Shown: piece by piece, positions 39,606 through 50,530 of the stretch
Layout: each line of letters starts with the position of its first letter
Numbering within the stretch: position 1 is the stretch's first letter
Assembly (NCBI GenBank): GCA_049840595.1
Contig: JASGKO010000023.1
Location: forward strand, 100,911-164,910
Reading direction: 5' to 3'
Length of the DNA: 64,000 nucleotides
Origin: Chthoniobacteraceae bacterium
GTDB taxonomy: Bacteria; Verrucomicrobiota; Verrucomicrobiia; Chthoniobacterales; Chthoniobacteraceae
The notes under the pieces: generated by a model
Told to the model about the DNA's origin: nothing
Seen by the model: only the letters and a program-made list of their open reading frames with translations
The model's database searches: none
Program-made: the position numbers and the translations under genes

Positions 39606-42600
39606 ATGCGCAAACTGGCGTTTTGCGCGCTGCTTGCTTTCCTGCTGTTCCTGGCGGCGCTGGTGGGCGTTTATCTGGCCCGCTTTCCCTTGATCAAGTA
39701 TGCGGCGGCCAAGCTGGGACCGACGCAGAACCTCGCCATCTCCCTCGACCTGGAGGGCTCGCTGTTCACCTCGCTCACGGTGGACCACCTCAAAATCGTC
39801 CCCACTGGCCCGAGCGAAATCGTGGGCATCAACGTGGACCATGTGAGCGCGCACTACCATTTGCTGAAATTGATTCGCGGCGACTTCACGCACGGCATTG
39901 AGGAAGTGGAAGCGCGCAACGCCTTCATCGAACTGCGGCCCGACGACGCGGTGGCGGAAAAGCTCGGCCACAAGAAGAAGCAGATCATGCGCTGGGACGA
40001 TCTCTTCCATAATCCCGGGCTCTTCATTCGCAATATCGCGGGAGACAACATCAACTTCATCTCGCACACCCCGGCCAGGGGACGTGCGGATCGAGCGCGC
40101 CAGCGCGCACCTCCAGCCCGGCGCAAACGGCCCGATCAAGATCGGCCACTTCGAGATTCCCGGCTACGGCAGCTGGGACCACGTGCAGGCCAATGCGAGC
40201 AACGATCGCGGGATCGTGCAGGTGAACGGGCTGTATCTCGACCAGCTCAACGGCGTGGACACGCTCACGCTCGACTCCACCGGGCGCACGCTCAAGCTGG
40301 TGGGGCGCTACAAGGGAGCGGGCGCGAATGTCTCGCTGGCGGTGGTCAATGAGATCGGGCATCTCCAGTTTGAGGCGGAAATCCCCAAGGTGCCGACGCT
40401 GCTCCCGCAATTCCACAGCGGGGAATTCACCGCCGCGGGCTCGCTGGAGATTCGCCAGCGCGACATCGGCCTGCACGTGACGGGAGCGGTCAACCAACTG
40501 ACCAGCGACTCGTTCGATACGGGCCATGCCGAGTTCACGCTCAATGCGACGGATACGCTCATCCCGCGCCCGCTCAAGCCGCTGGATGGACTGGTGAGCC
40601 AGTTGAGCGTGGCATTTCAAGCCCTGCGCTTCAACCAGTATGCGCTCGATCAAGGCGCACTGACCGCGAGCAACCAGCATGAGAAAGTGGAGATGGCCAG
40701 CTTCACCTTCTCCCGCCAGCAGAACCACTTTGCGCTCAAGGGAAGCGCGGTGTTGCCGACGGATTTGAAGCAGATCACGACCACGCCGTTCTCGATCGAC
40801 TTCACGCTGCACGCGCCAAATCTCGCGGGCTTCAACGTCGAGCAGGATTTGAAATCGCTCAACGGCTCGCTGGAAGGCACGGGCAGCCTGCACCACCAGA
40901 ACAACATCTATAGTGGCGAAGCGACGCTCGCGGGCACGAACCTGAATTTCCAGGGCTTCAACACGCAGAAGCTGAATACGCGCCTCACCTTGCAGGATCG
41001 CGTGATCCAGTTCACCGAGCTGTTCCTTGACATCAACGGGCGCGACTTCGTGAATGCGTGGGCACAGATCAACCTCGACTTGCCGAATGCCTACTCCGGC
41101 CACCTGCAGGCCAGCGTGGCCGATCTCGGCATCTTCAATCCCCTGCTCCACGCGGCCAATCCCACCGCCGCGCTCGCGGGCTCGCTGCAGGCGGACTGGC
41201 TGGGCAACGGCACGCTGCAACCGCAGGCGCACCACGGCTGGCTGCAAGTGGTGGCGGACAAGGTGGAGAGCAGCGGCGCGAAGGTCGATCACGCCCAGAT
41301 CAGCGGCACCTACACGCCGGAGAAAGCGACCTTCCCCGATCTCGATATCGCGAGCGGCCCGAGCCATTTCGTGGGCCAGCTCGAGCTCGCGGAAGGCAAG
41401 CTGCGGCTGCACGACATCGCGCTCGACCAGAACGGGCTGCGCGTCCTCGATGGCTTCGTCATCATTCCCTGCGCGCTCGCGAAATACCAGCAACCGGCGC
41501 AGCTTTTCCCGCTTGAGGGCCGCATCGCCGCCAATCTCCAGGCGGACAATCTCGACCTGGAAAAGCTGCTCGGCAGCTTCGGCCAGAAATCGCCGGTGAG
41601 CGGCAATCTCACGCTGAACCTGCTCGCGGCGGGCAGCCTGGGCGAGCCCGTGGCCACGGTGCAGCTCGACGCCCGGAAGCTCAGCGTGCCGCAGACGGCC
41701 TCGATCGGCCCGACCGATGCGAGCCTGCAATTCCATATCGCGAAAAAGCAATCCACGCTCGACGGCACAATCAAGCAGGCGCAGATGCAACCGCTCACGC
41801 TTCATGGCGAGACCGCGCTGGATATCGAAAAGCTGGTGCAAAGCAAAAAGCTCGATCCGCAGACACCGATCAAACTCGATGCCTCGATCCCGGCCTCCTC
41901 GATCGCCTTTGTGGAAAAACTCGCGCCGGCCATTCGCTATATCGAAGGCACGGTCGCGCTCGAAATGCACGCGCAGGGCACGGTCGGGAATCCCGATCTG
42001 CGCGGCCAGGCGATGCTGAACATCCCGGCCCTGCGCTTCAACAACCAAAGCCTGCCGACGGTCAACCAATTCGGCGCGGAGATCCGCTACGAAGGAAAGA
42101 AGGTCGTGATCAAGCGCTGCGGGGGGGGCATTGCGGGCGGCCAGGTAAACCTGGAGGGCACGGTGGACGTCGCGAATCTCCAGCAGCCCACGCTCGCGCT
42201 GCGCTTCAAGGCCGACAACGCGCTGCTCGCGCGAAACGACTCGGTCACGCTGCGTGCCAATTCCGACATCCACATCGACGGCCCGCTGGCGACGGCCAAG
42301 GTGAAGGGCTCGGTCAATATTACGAAGAGCCGCTTCTTCCGCGACATCGAGATCCTGCCCATCCAGCTCCCGGGCCACGGCCCCGAACCCGGGCATCAAC
42401 CAACCACAGGTCTCCATCACGGCCAAGCCGGTGGCCGACTGGACCTTCGACGTGGCGATCAAAACCAGCGATCCCTTCATGGTGGCGGGCAACCTGGCGA
42501 AAGGCGCGGTGGACACCGATCTGCATCTCGGGGGCACGGGGCGGACGCTCTCGCTCGAAGGTTACGCGGAGATCGACAACTTTGTCGCCTCGCTCCCCTT

Positions 42601-43090
42601 CAGCAAACTGGAGGTGCCCTATGGGTATGTCTATTTCACCAAGGACGAACCTTTTACCCCGCAGCTCGACATCCAGGGCAGTTCCTCGATGCGCGGCTAC
42701 GATATCTCGGTCTATATCTACGGCGATCCCGGCAATCCGCTCACCATCTTCACCAGCCAGCCCCCGCTGCCACAGGAGGAAATCATCTCGCTGCTCGCCA
42801 CGGGCCTGACCACAAGCGAGATCACCACCAATGGCGATGCCGTAGCCGGGCGCGCGGCGGTGCTGGCGTTCCAATCGCTCTATCGCAAGATTTTCAAACA
42901 CTCCGAGGCGACGGAAAAGGATTCGTTCCTGGATCGGTTCGAGTTCGACATCGGGGGGGTGGACCCACGCACCGGGCACCAGGATATCTCGGCCCAATTC
43001 CAACTGACCAAGCGCTTCTTCCTCGTCGGCGCGCTGGATGTGCAAGGCAACCTCACCGGCCAGGTGAAATACCTCATTCGATTCAAGTGA
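39606..43090 (+). CDS. tamB: TamB-like translocation and assembly module protein (AsmA-like/DUF490), with frameshifts near 40080 and 42390
   Basis: N-terminal signal-anchor MRKLAFCALLAFLLFLAALVG; very long beta-rich body; C-terminal DUF490-like segment ORF 42431-43090 (...GQVKYLIRFK). Located immediately upstream of a TamA/BamA-like gene. Confidence 0.75.
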
Positions 43091-45138
43091 ACGTGCGCCG
43101 ACTATTCACCCTCCTGCTTTTGGCAATGACGCTCACCGCCCGGAGCGCGGCACCTGCTTTCATGCCGAACCCCGCGGCTTCGCCAACCCCGCCCGTCAAT
43201 ACCCCGAATGTGCCCGTGGTCTTCAAAGGCGCGGCTCATTACCGGGAGGAGCAGCTCAAGAATGCGATCCACGACCAGCTCGAAGCGATCCGCGAGAGCG
43301 GCCTCACCCCCGCGGCGGCTGATGACGCGGCCTTCTTCCTCGGGCTCTATTATCAAAACCAGGGCTACGCGAAGGCCGAGGTGCAATGGGGCATCGCGGG
43401 CAATACGCTCACGCTGACGATCAACGAAGGGCCCTTCGTCATGCTGGGCGACGTGAACTTTGCGGGCAATGCGCACTACCCTTCCCCGGCGCTGCGCGAA
43501 TACATCGTGGGCACCACCCGCGAGCGTTTCTCGGCGTTGCAAAAGACGCTGCCCTTCGTCGCCGCCGATGTGGAGACGGGCGTGGACCGCCTGCGCGGCA
43601 TGTATTCCGGCGAGGGCTTTCTCGACGTGACGATCTCCGATCCGCAATTCACCTACAGCCCGGATAACAAGAAGGCCGATGTGCTGGTGAATATTCACGA
43701 GGGCACGCAATACCACTTCGGCGCGATTACCTTTACCGGCGATGTGCCTTTCGACCGGGCGACGCTGCTCGCGGAAATCAAGAAATTCTCCGACCTGCCC
43801 TACACGCCGTTTCAGGTGACGAATATGGAGCGCGCGGTCGGCTACTTCTACAAGACGCACGGCTATTTCCAGGTCGCGCTCCAGACGGACAGCGATCCCA
43901 CCCAGGCGGTGAAAGGCGTGGTGCCAGTCCATTTCACGGCGAAATCGGGGCCGGTCTTTCACTTCGGCGCGGTCACGGCGCATGGAATGGAGCGGCTGCA
44001 GGCGAGCTTCCTGCCCAAGCGCTTCGGCAAGCTCACCGGGCAGATTTACAACCCCGCCGCGCTGGATACCGTCTTCCGCGATCTCATGCGCACCGGCCTC
44101 TTCAAGCGCCTGCGGGTGACGCCCAAGGCGATGCCGGACCACACGGTGACGATCGATCTCGACGTGGAGGAAGCGCCCGCGAAGGAAGTCGGCTTCTCCA
44201 CCGGCTATGGCACCTACGAGGGCTTCCTCCTCGGGATCTCGCTTGGCGACCTCGATCTCTTCGGCACCGGGCTGCCGCTCACGACGAGCCTGGAATTTTC
44301 CCAGCGCTACATCAAAGGCGAAGTGCTCTATTCCGATCCGTGGTTCCTGGAGAGCAACTTTGCCGAGCAGCTCCGGCTCTACGGCATCTCGGTAAGCTTC
44401 GACGGTTACGACAAGATCGAATACGGCGCGCGCGAACAGCTTTCCTACCAAATCACCAGGAGCCTCAACCTCGCGGCTTTTCTCCAGACCCGCATTGTGA
44501 GTGTGACTGGCACGGGCATCGATGCCATCGACCTTGGCCAGCCCAGCTACCACGTCAACAGCGTCGGCCTCACCGAGAGCTTCGATCTGCGCAAGGACCC
44601 GCTCAATCCGGCGGGGCTGGTGGTGAATGGCGCGGTGGAATACGCCAGCAGCGGGCTGGGCAGTTCGATCGATCTCATTCGTGGCACGGTGAGCGCGGCC
44701 TATTATCTTCCGATCGGTCGCTCCATGCTCGGCTTTGGCTTGCGCGCCGGGGCGCTGGAGGATACCGAGAACAAGCCGGTGCCGATTGATGAACGCTACT
44801 TCAACGGCGGCAGCCGCAGCGTGCGCAGCTTTACCGAGCGCGATCTCGGCCCGCATGATCGCCACGGCTTCCCGATCGGCGGCGACTCGTTCAGCGTGAT
44901 CAACGTCGAATACGATTTCCCCATCGTCGGCGATCTCGGCGGCGCGGTCTTCATCGACGCTGGCTCCGTCGGGCAGAAGGCCACGGACGCCTTCAGCGAC
45001 ATGCGCTACGGCGTGGGCGCGGGACTGCGCTACAAGCTACCGATCGGCCCGCTCCGGCTGGACTATGGCTACAATCCAGATCGTCGTCCGGGCGAAGACA
45101 TGGGGGCATTCCATTTCAGCTTCGGCTTCGCGTTTTAG
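43087..45138 (+). CDS. tamA: Omp85-family outer-membrane protein (TamA/BamA-like): POTRA domains plus 16-strand barrel
   Basis: Signal peptide RRLFTLLLLAMTLTARSAA. Barrel region with C-terminal beta-signal ending ...FHFSFGFAF. GTG start overlaps the tamB stop. Confidence 0.85.
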   Translation: MNVRRLFTLLLLAMTLTARSAAPAFMPNPAASPTPPVNTPNVPVVFKGAAHYREEQLKNAIHDQLEAIRESGLTPAAADDAAFFLGLYYQNQGYAKAEVQWGIAGNTLTLTINEGPFVMLGDVNFAGNAHYPSPALREYIVGTTRERFSALQKTLPFVAADVETGVDRLRGMYSGEGFLDVTISDPQFTYSPDNKKADVLVNIHEGTQYHFGAITFTGDVPFDRATLLAEIKKFSDLPYTPFQVTNMERAVGYFYKTHGYFQVALQTDSDPTQAVKGVVPVHFTAKSGPVFHFGAVTAHGMERLQASFLPKRFGKLTGQIYNPAALDTVFRDLMRTGLFKRLRVTPKAMPDHTVTIDLDVEEAPAKEVGFSTGYGTYEGFLLGISLGDLDLFGTGLPLTTSLEFSQRYIKGEVLYSDPWFLESNFAEQLRLYGISVSFDGYDKIEYGAREQLSYQITRSLNLAAFLQTRIVSVTGTGIDAIDLGQPSYHVNSVGLTESFDLRKDPLNPAGLVVNGAVEYASSGLGSSIDLIRGTVSAAYYLPIGRSMLGFGLRAGALEDTENKPVPIDERYFNGGSRSVRSFTERDLGPHDRHGFPIGGDSFSVINVEYDFPIVGDLGGAVFIDAGSVGQKATDAFSDMRYGVGAGLRYKLPIGPLRLDYGYNPDRRPGEDMGAFHFSFGFAF

Positions 45139-45198
45139 CCCGGGTTCACGAATTTCCAAGCAGGTCCTTCCGGTCATAAAAGCGGTCCATTCTTTGCC

Positions 45199-45358
45199 CG
45201 CGCTGTAGCCACGGCCCTGTGGGCCGTTGGGGATGAACGGGCCATGAAATGCAGCGCTCTGCCAAAAATCGCGGCATAATGCTCACTCCCTTTGGAACTG
45301 GATTTTTGCCAGAGCATCGTCTTTCCCCAACGGCCCACAGGGCCGTGGCTACAGCGCG
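45199..45358. repeat. 34-bp perfect inverted repeat (cgcgctgtagccacggccctgtgggccgttgggg / ccccaacggcccacagggccgtggctacagcgcg) around a 92-bp spacer
   Basis: Arms 45199-45232 and 45325-45358 are exact reverse complements. Lies between convergent tamA and the DUF1003 gene. Confidence 0.7.
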
Positions 45359-45543
45359 ACTAGGAAGCTCTGTGCGGAAAGGCAGGGTTTTCGCCTTCTG
45401 CTTTGCAATTCGTGAACACGACAAACGATGCTTTTGTCCAGCGACCCTTCGGGGCGCAAGACTGGTTGAATGATGGCCTTCCGGTGGTTTTCACCACCAG
45501 CTAATTTCCGCCGTTCCTCCGGGACTCGATTTGCGAGTGCGCC

Positions 45544-46179
45544 CTACTCTTTCGACCCCGCGTCGAGAAACTTGCGGTGCATCTCGGTGGTCAGTTCTTC
45601 GATGCGTTGGGTCAGCGATTTGGTGAGTTCGGTCAGCTCGGTATTCTGGCGCAGCAGTTCGGAGATCTGGGTCATTTGCTGCGCGGCGAGGACCTGGCGT
45701 TGCTCGCTGGCCACGGCGAGGTCTTCCCGATGCTGGGCATCGGCATCGGCATGGGCCTTGTCACGATCCGCCTGCCGGGTCTGGGCCAAAAGGATGAGCG
45801 GAGCGGCGTAGGCGGACTGGAGGCTGAAGGCGAGGTTGAGCAGGATGAAGGGGTAAACGTCGAACTTGGTGACGCCGAGGATGTTCAGGAGAATCCAGGC
45901 GAAGACCACGAGGGTCTGCACGACCAGAAATACGGGCGTGCCAAAGAAGCGGGCAAAGGACTCGGCCTTGAGGGCAAACCAGTCATCGCCAAACACCGAA
46001 TTCAAATGCAGGTGCGGGAGATGAAAGCGGAAATGATGATGCTGCTTTTGAGGATGCGCGGTGGAAGCGGCGGCGGTGGATTCGCTGTTCATAAATGGAT
46101 CGCTAACTGCCGCACTCGAGTTCCATGGTCTGCGAAGCACCCGACTCCGCAAAAAAGGTGGGCCATGCAGGCTGCGCAT
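45544..46179 (-). CDS. DUF1003-family membrane protein
   Basis: FDVYPFILLNLAFSLQSAYAAPLILLAQTRQADRDK core typical of DUF1003, plus a C-terminal coiled coil. Confidence 0.6.
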   Translation of the reverse strand: MRSLHGPPFLRSRVLRRPWNSSAAVSDPFMNSESTAAASTAHPQKQHHHFRFHLPHLHLNSVFGDDWFALKAESFARFFGTPVFLVVQTLVVFAWILLNILGVTKFDVYPFILLNLAFSLQSAYAAPLILLAQTRQADRDKAHADADAQHREDLAVASEQRQVLAAQQMTQISELLRQNTELTELTKSLTQRIEELTTEMHRKFLDAGSKE

Positions 46180-46371
46180 GCGGGATTGGGCGGAATGGAG
46201 CCATGCGCAGCGGAAAACGCAAGCCGGAACCCTTTACTTACAGGAGTGTAATCGCACATCGGATCCCATTCCTACGGTCGTTTTTTGAGACATGACTCCC
46301 CTTCCCGCGCCCTGACCGTTCGCAAAAGGCGCGGCTTCCTCCGACCGCGATGGAGGCAAAAAGTCCGCTGG

Positions 46372-46614
46372 TTATTGATGCAGGTGCATCAGCTCTTCCG
46401 TGAGGCGATCCGCCTCCGTGGGAGTGTCTTCATGGGTTTGAGGAGGAGCGGCGTGGCACCGATGGTGAATTTCCTGCTCGGCGCGCAGCCAGTGCTCGAG
46501 CGCATGGCCGTCGGGACGACCTTCCTCTTCGTAGAAGTGCAGGGCGAGCGTGGCGATTTCCAGTTCCTCGTCGAAATGAGCGCCGAGGCCAGTGAATGAG
46601 GGAGTTGTTTGCAT
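46372..46614 (-). CDS. Small DUF2934-family protein
   Basis: EEGRPDGHALEHWLRAEQEI motif. Start set to the internal ATG at 46614. Confidence 0.45.
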   Translation of the reverse strand: MQTTPSFTGLGAHFDEELEIATLALHFYEEEGRPDGHALEHWLRAEQEIHHRCHAAPPQTHEDTPTEADRLTEELMHLHQ

Positions 46615-47152
46615 GGTGTGTTTGGGTTTTGGTTTTTTCGCGGGAAAGGGTTGGTGGAGAAGCATCACGAGCACTGCGAGTGGGGAGTCGTTTCCAGCCT
46701 TTGGAAACTCGCGAGGGTTGGTGGAATCGAAGCAATTTTCATGGGCCTTCCTCCAAGCACCGACGATCACCGTGGCAACCATCAGTGGATTTAAAAAGCT
46801 AGGCCGCGATTGGTTGGGGGCAACTTCATTTTGCCATTCGTCACTCGCGCCCGGCCAGCCATTGCGCGAGTGATTCGGCTACGCGCGGGCGCCCGCCTTT
46901 TCCGATTTCCCTTGCACTCCAGGGCACGCTCCGCTAAACATACGGTCAATATGGTTACTACACCATGCGGTATGACTCCGGAAGGAGCAGCGGATACGTG
47001 CGACATCACTGCGATGTCCTTGCTCACCACGTCCATTTAGGCCCATTCCGGCCTGATGCCCTTTTTGCGCCTGCACCCGCGGGAGCTTTGCGTACGGATC
47101 GCTCCGTCGTCGCTTTCCAATCCAAATAACAACCAACCCATACCCATAACCT

Positions 47153-49144
47153 ATGATCTCATTCACCTTCATCCTCTACTGCATCCTCGCCATCGCGGCG
47201 CTGGCGGTGCTCATCACCCTGCCGCGATTGTGCGGGATCGTGTACATCCCGCACGACAAAGTCGGCGTGATTGAAAAGATCTGGAGCGTCACCGGCTCCC
47301 TGCAACAGGGCCGGATCGTCGCGCATAACCGGGAGGCCGGTTACCAGGCCCACATTCTGCGTGGTGGCTTCCACCTGTGGCTGTTCCCGTGGCAATATCG
47401 CATTCACAAGACGCCCCTCGTCACGATTGCCGAGGGCCGCATTGGCTACGTCTATGCCCGTGACGGTCTGCCGCTCGATGCCACCCAGACGCTGGGCCGC
47501 ACCGTGGAGTGCAATCATTTCCAGGACTCCGATGCGTTTCTGAAAACCGGCGGCCAGCGCGGCCGCCAGCGCGCCATCCTGCGTGAAGGCGTGTATGCGC
47601 TCAATCTCTCGCTCTTCGTCGTCATCACCGAGACCGGCGTCTATACGCTGGAGCAGGACGATGCCTACAGCGAATGGCAGCGCGAACTCGCCGCCCGCGA
47701 CGGGTTCAACCCGATCGTGATCGGCCCGCGGGTCGCGGATAATGGGCAAAGCTACGACCTCGTCGGCATCATCACCGTGCAGGACGGCCCCACCCTGCCT
47801 GCGGGCGACATCATCGCTCCGGAAATCCCGAGCCAGGATGGCGTGGGCCACAACTACTTTCAGGACCCCGAGGCGTTCCTGCTCCTCGGCGGCCAGCGCG
47901 GGCGCCAGCTCCAGGTGCTCACGGACGGCACGTTCTTCATCAACCGCTGGTTCGGCACCGTGGAGGTGAGCCAGAAGACGCTCATCCCCATCGGCTACGT
48001 GGGCGTCGTGGTCGCCTACTATGGTGAGAAAGGCGACGACACCACCGGCGAAGCTTTCCGCTACGGCGAGCAGGTCGAGGTCGGCACCAAAGGCGTGTGG
48101 AAACAGGCGCTCGCGCCCGGTAAATACGCGCTGAATCCGTATGCGGTAAAAATCGAGATGGTGCCCACGGTGAACTTCGTGCTCCGCTGGATCACCGGGC
48201 AGACGGAAAATCATCATTACGATGACGAGCTCGCGACCATCGAACTCATCACCTCCGACGGTTATGAGCCGCTGCTGCCGCTCTCACTCGTGCTGCATAT
48301 CGACTACCAGAAAGCCCCGAGCGTGGTGCAACGCTTCGGCGATGTGAAGCGCCTCATCACGCAGACGCTGGACCCGATTCTCACCGCCTACTTCCGCGAC
48401 GTGGCGCAGAGCTCGACCATGCTCGAACTGCTCACCCATCGCGAAGACATCCAGACGAAGGCGACCGGGGAATTGCGCAAGCGGTTCACCGAGTTCGACA
48501 TCAACTGCGTGGCGGTGCTGATCGGCCGCCCGGAATCGAAGATCAAGGAGCCGGAGAACGACCCGATCGAGCGCCTCTTCGACCAGTTGCGCCAGCGCCG
48601 CCTCGCCGATGAAAAGCGCGAGACCTTTGCGAAACAGCGCGAGGCCGCGAACCATCAGCGTGAATTCGAGGAAGCCCAGGCCCGGGCCGCCCAGCAGGCG
48701 CACCTCACCGAATCGAAGATCGCGGTGGAAATCGCCGCCAACCGCGGTGACGCCCAGGTGAAGGAAGCCGAGCGCATGGCGCTCCGCGAGATCGCCCTCG
48801 CCGAAGGCCAGGCCAAGGCCCGCAAGCTGGAAGGCGAGGGCGAGGCCGCCAAGATCATGCAGGTCGGTAGCGCCGAGGCCGAGGTCTTCCAGAAGAAGAT
48901 CGACGCTTACGGCGACGCCCGCCTCTTCATCCTGCCAGAGCTCGCCCAGCAACTGGCCAACTCGAAGCAGGCCCTCGTCCCGCAACAGGTGATGCTGACC
49001 AACGGCGAAACCGCCCAGGGCGGGGTGGCCGGCCCGCTCAGCACGCTCATCTCGTTGCTGACGGCGGACAAGGCCGGGATGCCGTTCAAGAAAGCGGAGC
49101 CCGCCAAGACGGAGGCGACTCCCGCCACCGAAGCGAAGGCGTAA
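47153..49144 (+). CDS. Flotillin-like SPFH/band-7 protein (YqiK/FloA type) with an internally duplicated segment and a C-terminal EA-rich coiled coil
   Basis: N-terminal TM; repeated motif NHFQDSDAFLKTGGQRGRQ / HNYFQDPEAFLLLGGQRGRQ; C-terminal AEAEV/KAR repeats typical of flotillins. Confidence 0.8.
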   Translation: MISFTFILYCILAIAALAVLITLPRLCGIVYIPHDKVGVIEKIWSVTGSLQQGRIVAHNREAGYQAHILRGGFHLWLFPWQYRIHKTPLVTIAEGRIGYVYARDGLPLDATQTLGRTVECNHFQDSDAFLKTGGQRGRQRAILREGVYALNLSLFVVITETGVYTLEQDDAYSEWQRELAARDGFNPIVIGPRVADNGQSYDLVGIITVQDGPTLPAGDIIAPEIPSQDGVGHNYFQDPEAFLLLGGQRGRQLQVLTDGTFFINRWFGTVEVSQKTLIPIGYVGVVVAYYGEKGDDTTGEAFRYGEQVEVGTKGVWKQALAPGKYALNPYAVKIEMVPTVNFVLRWITGQTENHHYDDELATIELITSDGYEPLLPLSLVLHIDYQKAPSVVQRFGDVKRLITQTLDPILTAYFRDVAQSSTMLELLTHREDIQTKATGELRKRFTEFDINCVAVLIGRPESKIKEPENDPIERLFDQLRQRRLADEKRETFAKQREAANHQREFEEAQARAAQQAHLTESKIAVEIAANRGDAQVKEAERMALREIALAEGQAKARKLEGEGEAAKIMQVGSAEAEVFQKKIDAYGDARLFILPELAQQLANSKQALVPQQVMLTNGETAQGGVAGPLSTLISLLTADKAGMPFKKAEPAKTEATPATEAKA

Positions 49145-49537
49145 CTGCCGCGCCTGCGATCGAAGCAAAGGGGACGCTGTAAGGCGTCCCCTTTTTGCGC
49201 CGACCGGCGCGAGCCGTGGGAGAGATCCCCGGTCAGGGAACGATCCGGGGATCGGCCACGGGTTGCTCGATTTGCCAGTAACCCCCGTAGCGTTCGTGAC
49301 GGTAGAGACAGTGGGGGTTGAGCAGCATCGGATGACCGCCGCCGGTCACCTGCATCTCGAAGGCCAGGGCTGCCCCAGAGCGGCGGGAGTGGCGGGGAAA
49401 GGTTACGGCGAGTCGATGCTTTAAAAATCTGGCCATCGAATGAGCCGCAGCCTCAGAGCCTGGACCGAAAGTCCACGCACTTTCCGGTTGCGAGCCGCGC
49501 GCGCGCTGGTAAAACGAAAGGGTATTCCTTTGTCACT

Positions 49538-49623
49538 GCCGATGTGGCGAAATGGCAGACGCACCGGACTTAAAATCCGTTGGAGCTCATACCTCCGTGC
49601 GGGTTCGAGTCCCGCCATCGGCA
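49538..49623 (+). tRNA. tRNA-Leu (anticodon UAA), class II with a long variable arm
   Basis: Manually folded. 7-bp acceptor stem gccgatg/catcggc; anticodon loop cuUAAaa; T-arm gcggg-TTCGAGT-cccgc; discriminator A. Confidence 0.8.
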
Positions 49624-49764
49624 CTTTCGGGAAAAGGAGGGCAACGATGTTGTCAGAAATCCTCTTTCCTCTCGTCTTCAAGCAAATCGAAAATCGACTT
49701 TTTCGCCGACCATCGGATGAGATCAAATCCTGATGATTAGATATCCCAAAACTCCCCATTCCCC

Positions 49765-50274
49765 TCATTCCGGCTTTTGTTCCGGGTTCGGCGCGGGAAC
49801 TTTGCGAAGTACTTCGTTCCAGAGTTTCAGGAAACGTTGAACTTCCCCGTTCTTCTTAAATTCCGGCGCGTAAACCGAGATGGCGTGCGATTTACCTTCC
49901 ATCATTACTTGCAGGATCAGAGTTACATCATCGGTAGGATCTTTTGAAAGATCGCCTTCGTATTTATCCTTGATGGCGAAAAATCGGGTTACGCGCACCA
50001 GCGCGACTAATTGTTGCACATCGTCTTTGGTCAGATGGAAGACCTTACGATCGATCGTCTCGTGCTCGGAGGAATAGGTGTAGATCTCCTGGCTCACTCC
50101 TCCATCGGAGTTGATCGTCAGTTTCCACGGATGCCAATTGCTATAGCCAGGCCCATATTCTGCATAGAGGATGAAATCCTTCGGAATAGCAATCGGCTCG
50201 GACTTGGGCGAGGTCGCGATCGCGTCACCCACCATCCACAACAATAGCCATCCATAGATTAGTCCCGGTCGCAT
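49765..50274 (-). CDS. Hypothetical secreted protein in an AT-richer patch next to tRNA-Leu
   Basis: 169-aa ORF with N-terminal hydrophobic segment; no known motifs. Confidence 0.4.
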   Translation of the reverse strand: MRPGLIYGWLLLWMVGDAIATSPKSEPIAIPKDFILYAEYGPGYSNWHPWKLTINSDGGVSQEIYTYSSEHETIDRKVFHLTKDDVQQLVALVRVTRFFAIKDKYEGDLSKDPTDDVTLILQVMMEGKSHAISVYAPEFKKNGEVQRFLKLWNEVLRKVPAPNPEQKPE

Positions 50275-50530
50275 GGATACCCATCCTAGGGGCTGTTCAG
50301 TAAGATGAAATTCAAAAAGGTTTTCTTCCCGGCTCTTGATCAGGAGCAGCCCAAGAGCCGGTCAAACATCCGGTTCCATGGTTGCGGATTTCCGGCAAGA
50401 ATTAGATCGCCAGCAGCGGCTCTTCTCTGCCATGTTCGCAACGGTTTCAGGAGAAACGTTCGCCTAGATCATGGGTATTTTCCGGAACTACTTGCAGGGC
50501 CGCCATATACTTTTTCACACCACGGAACTT

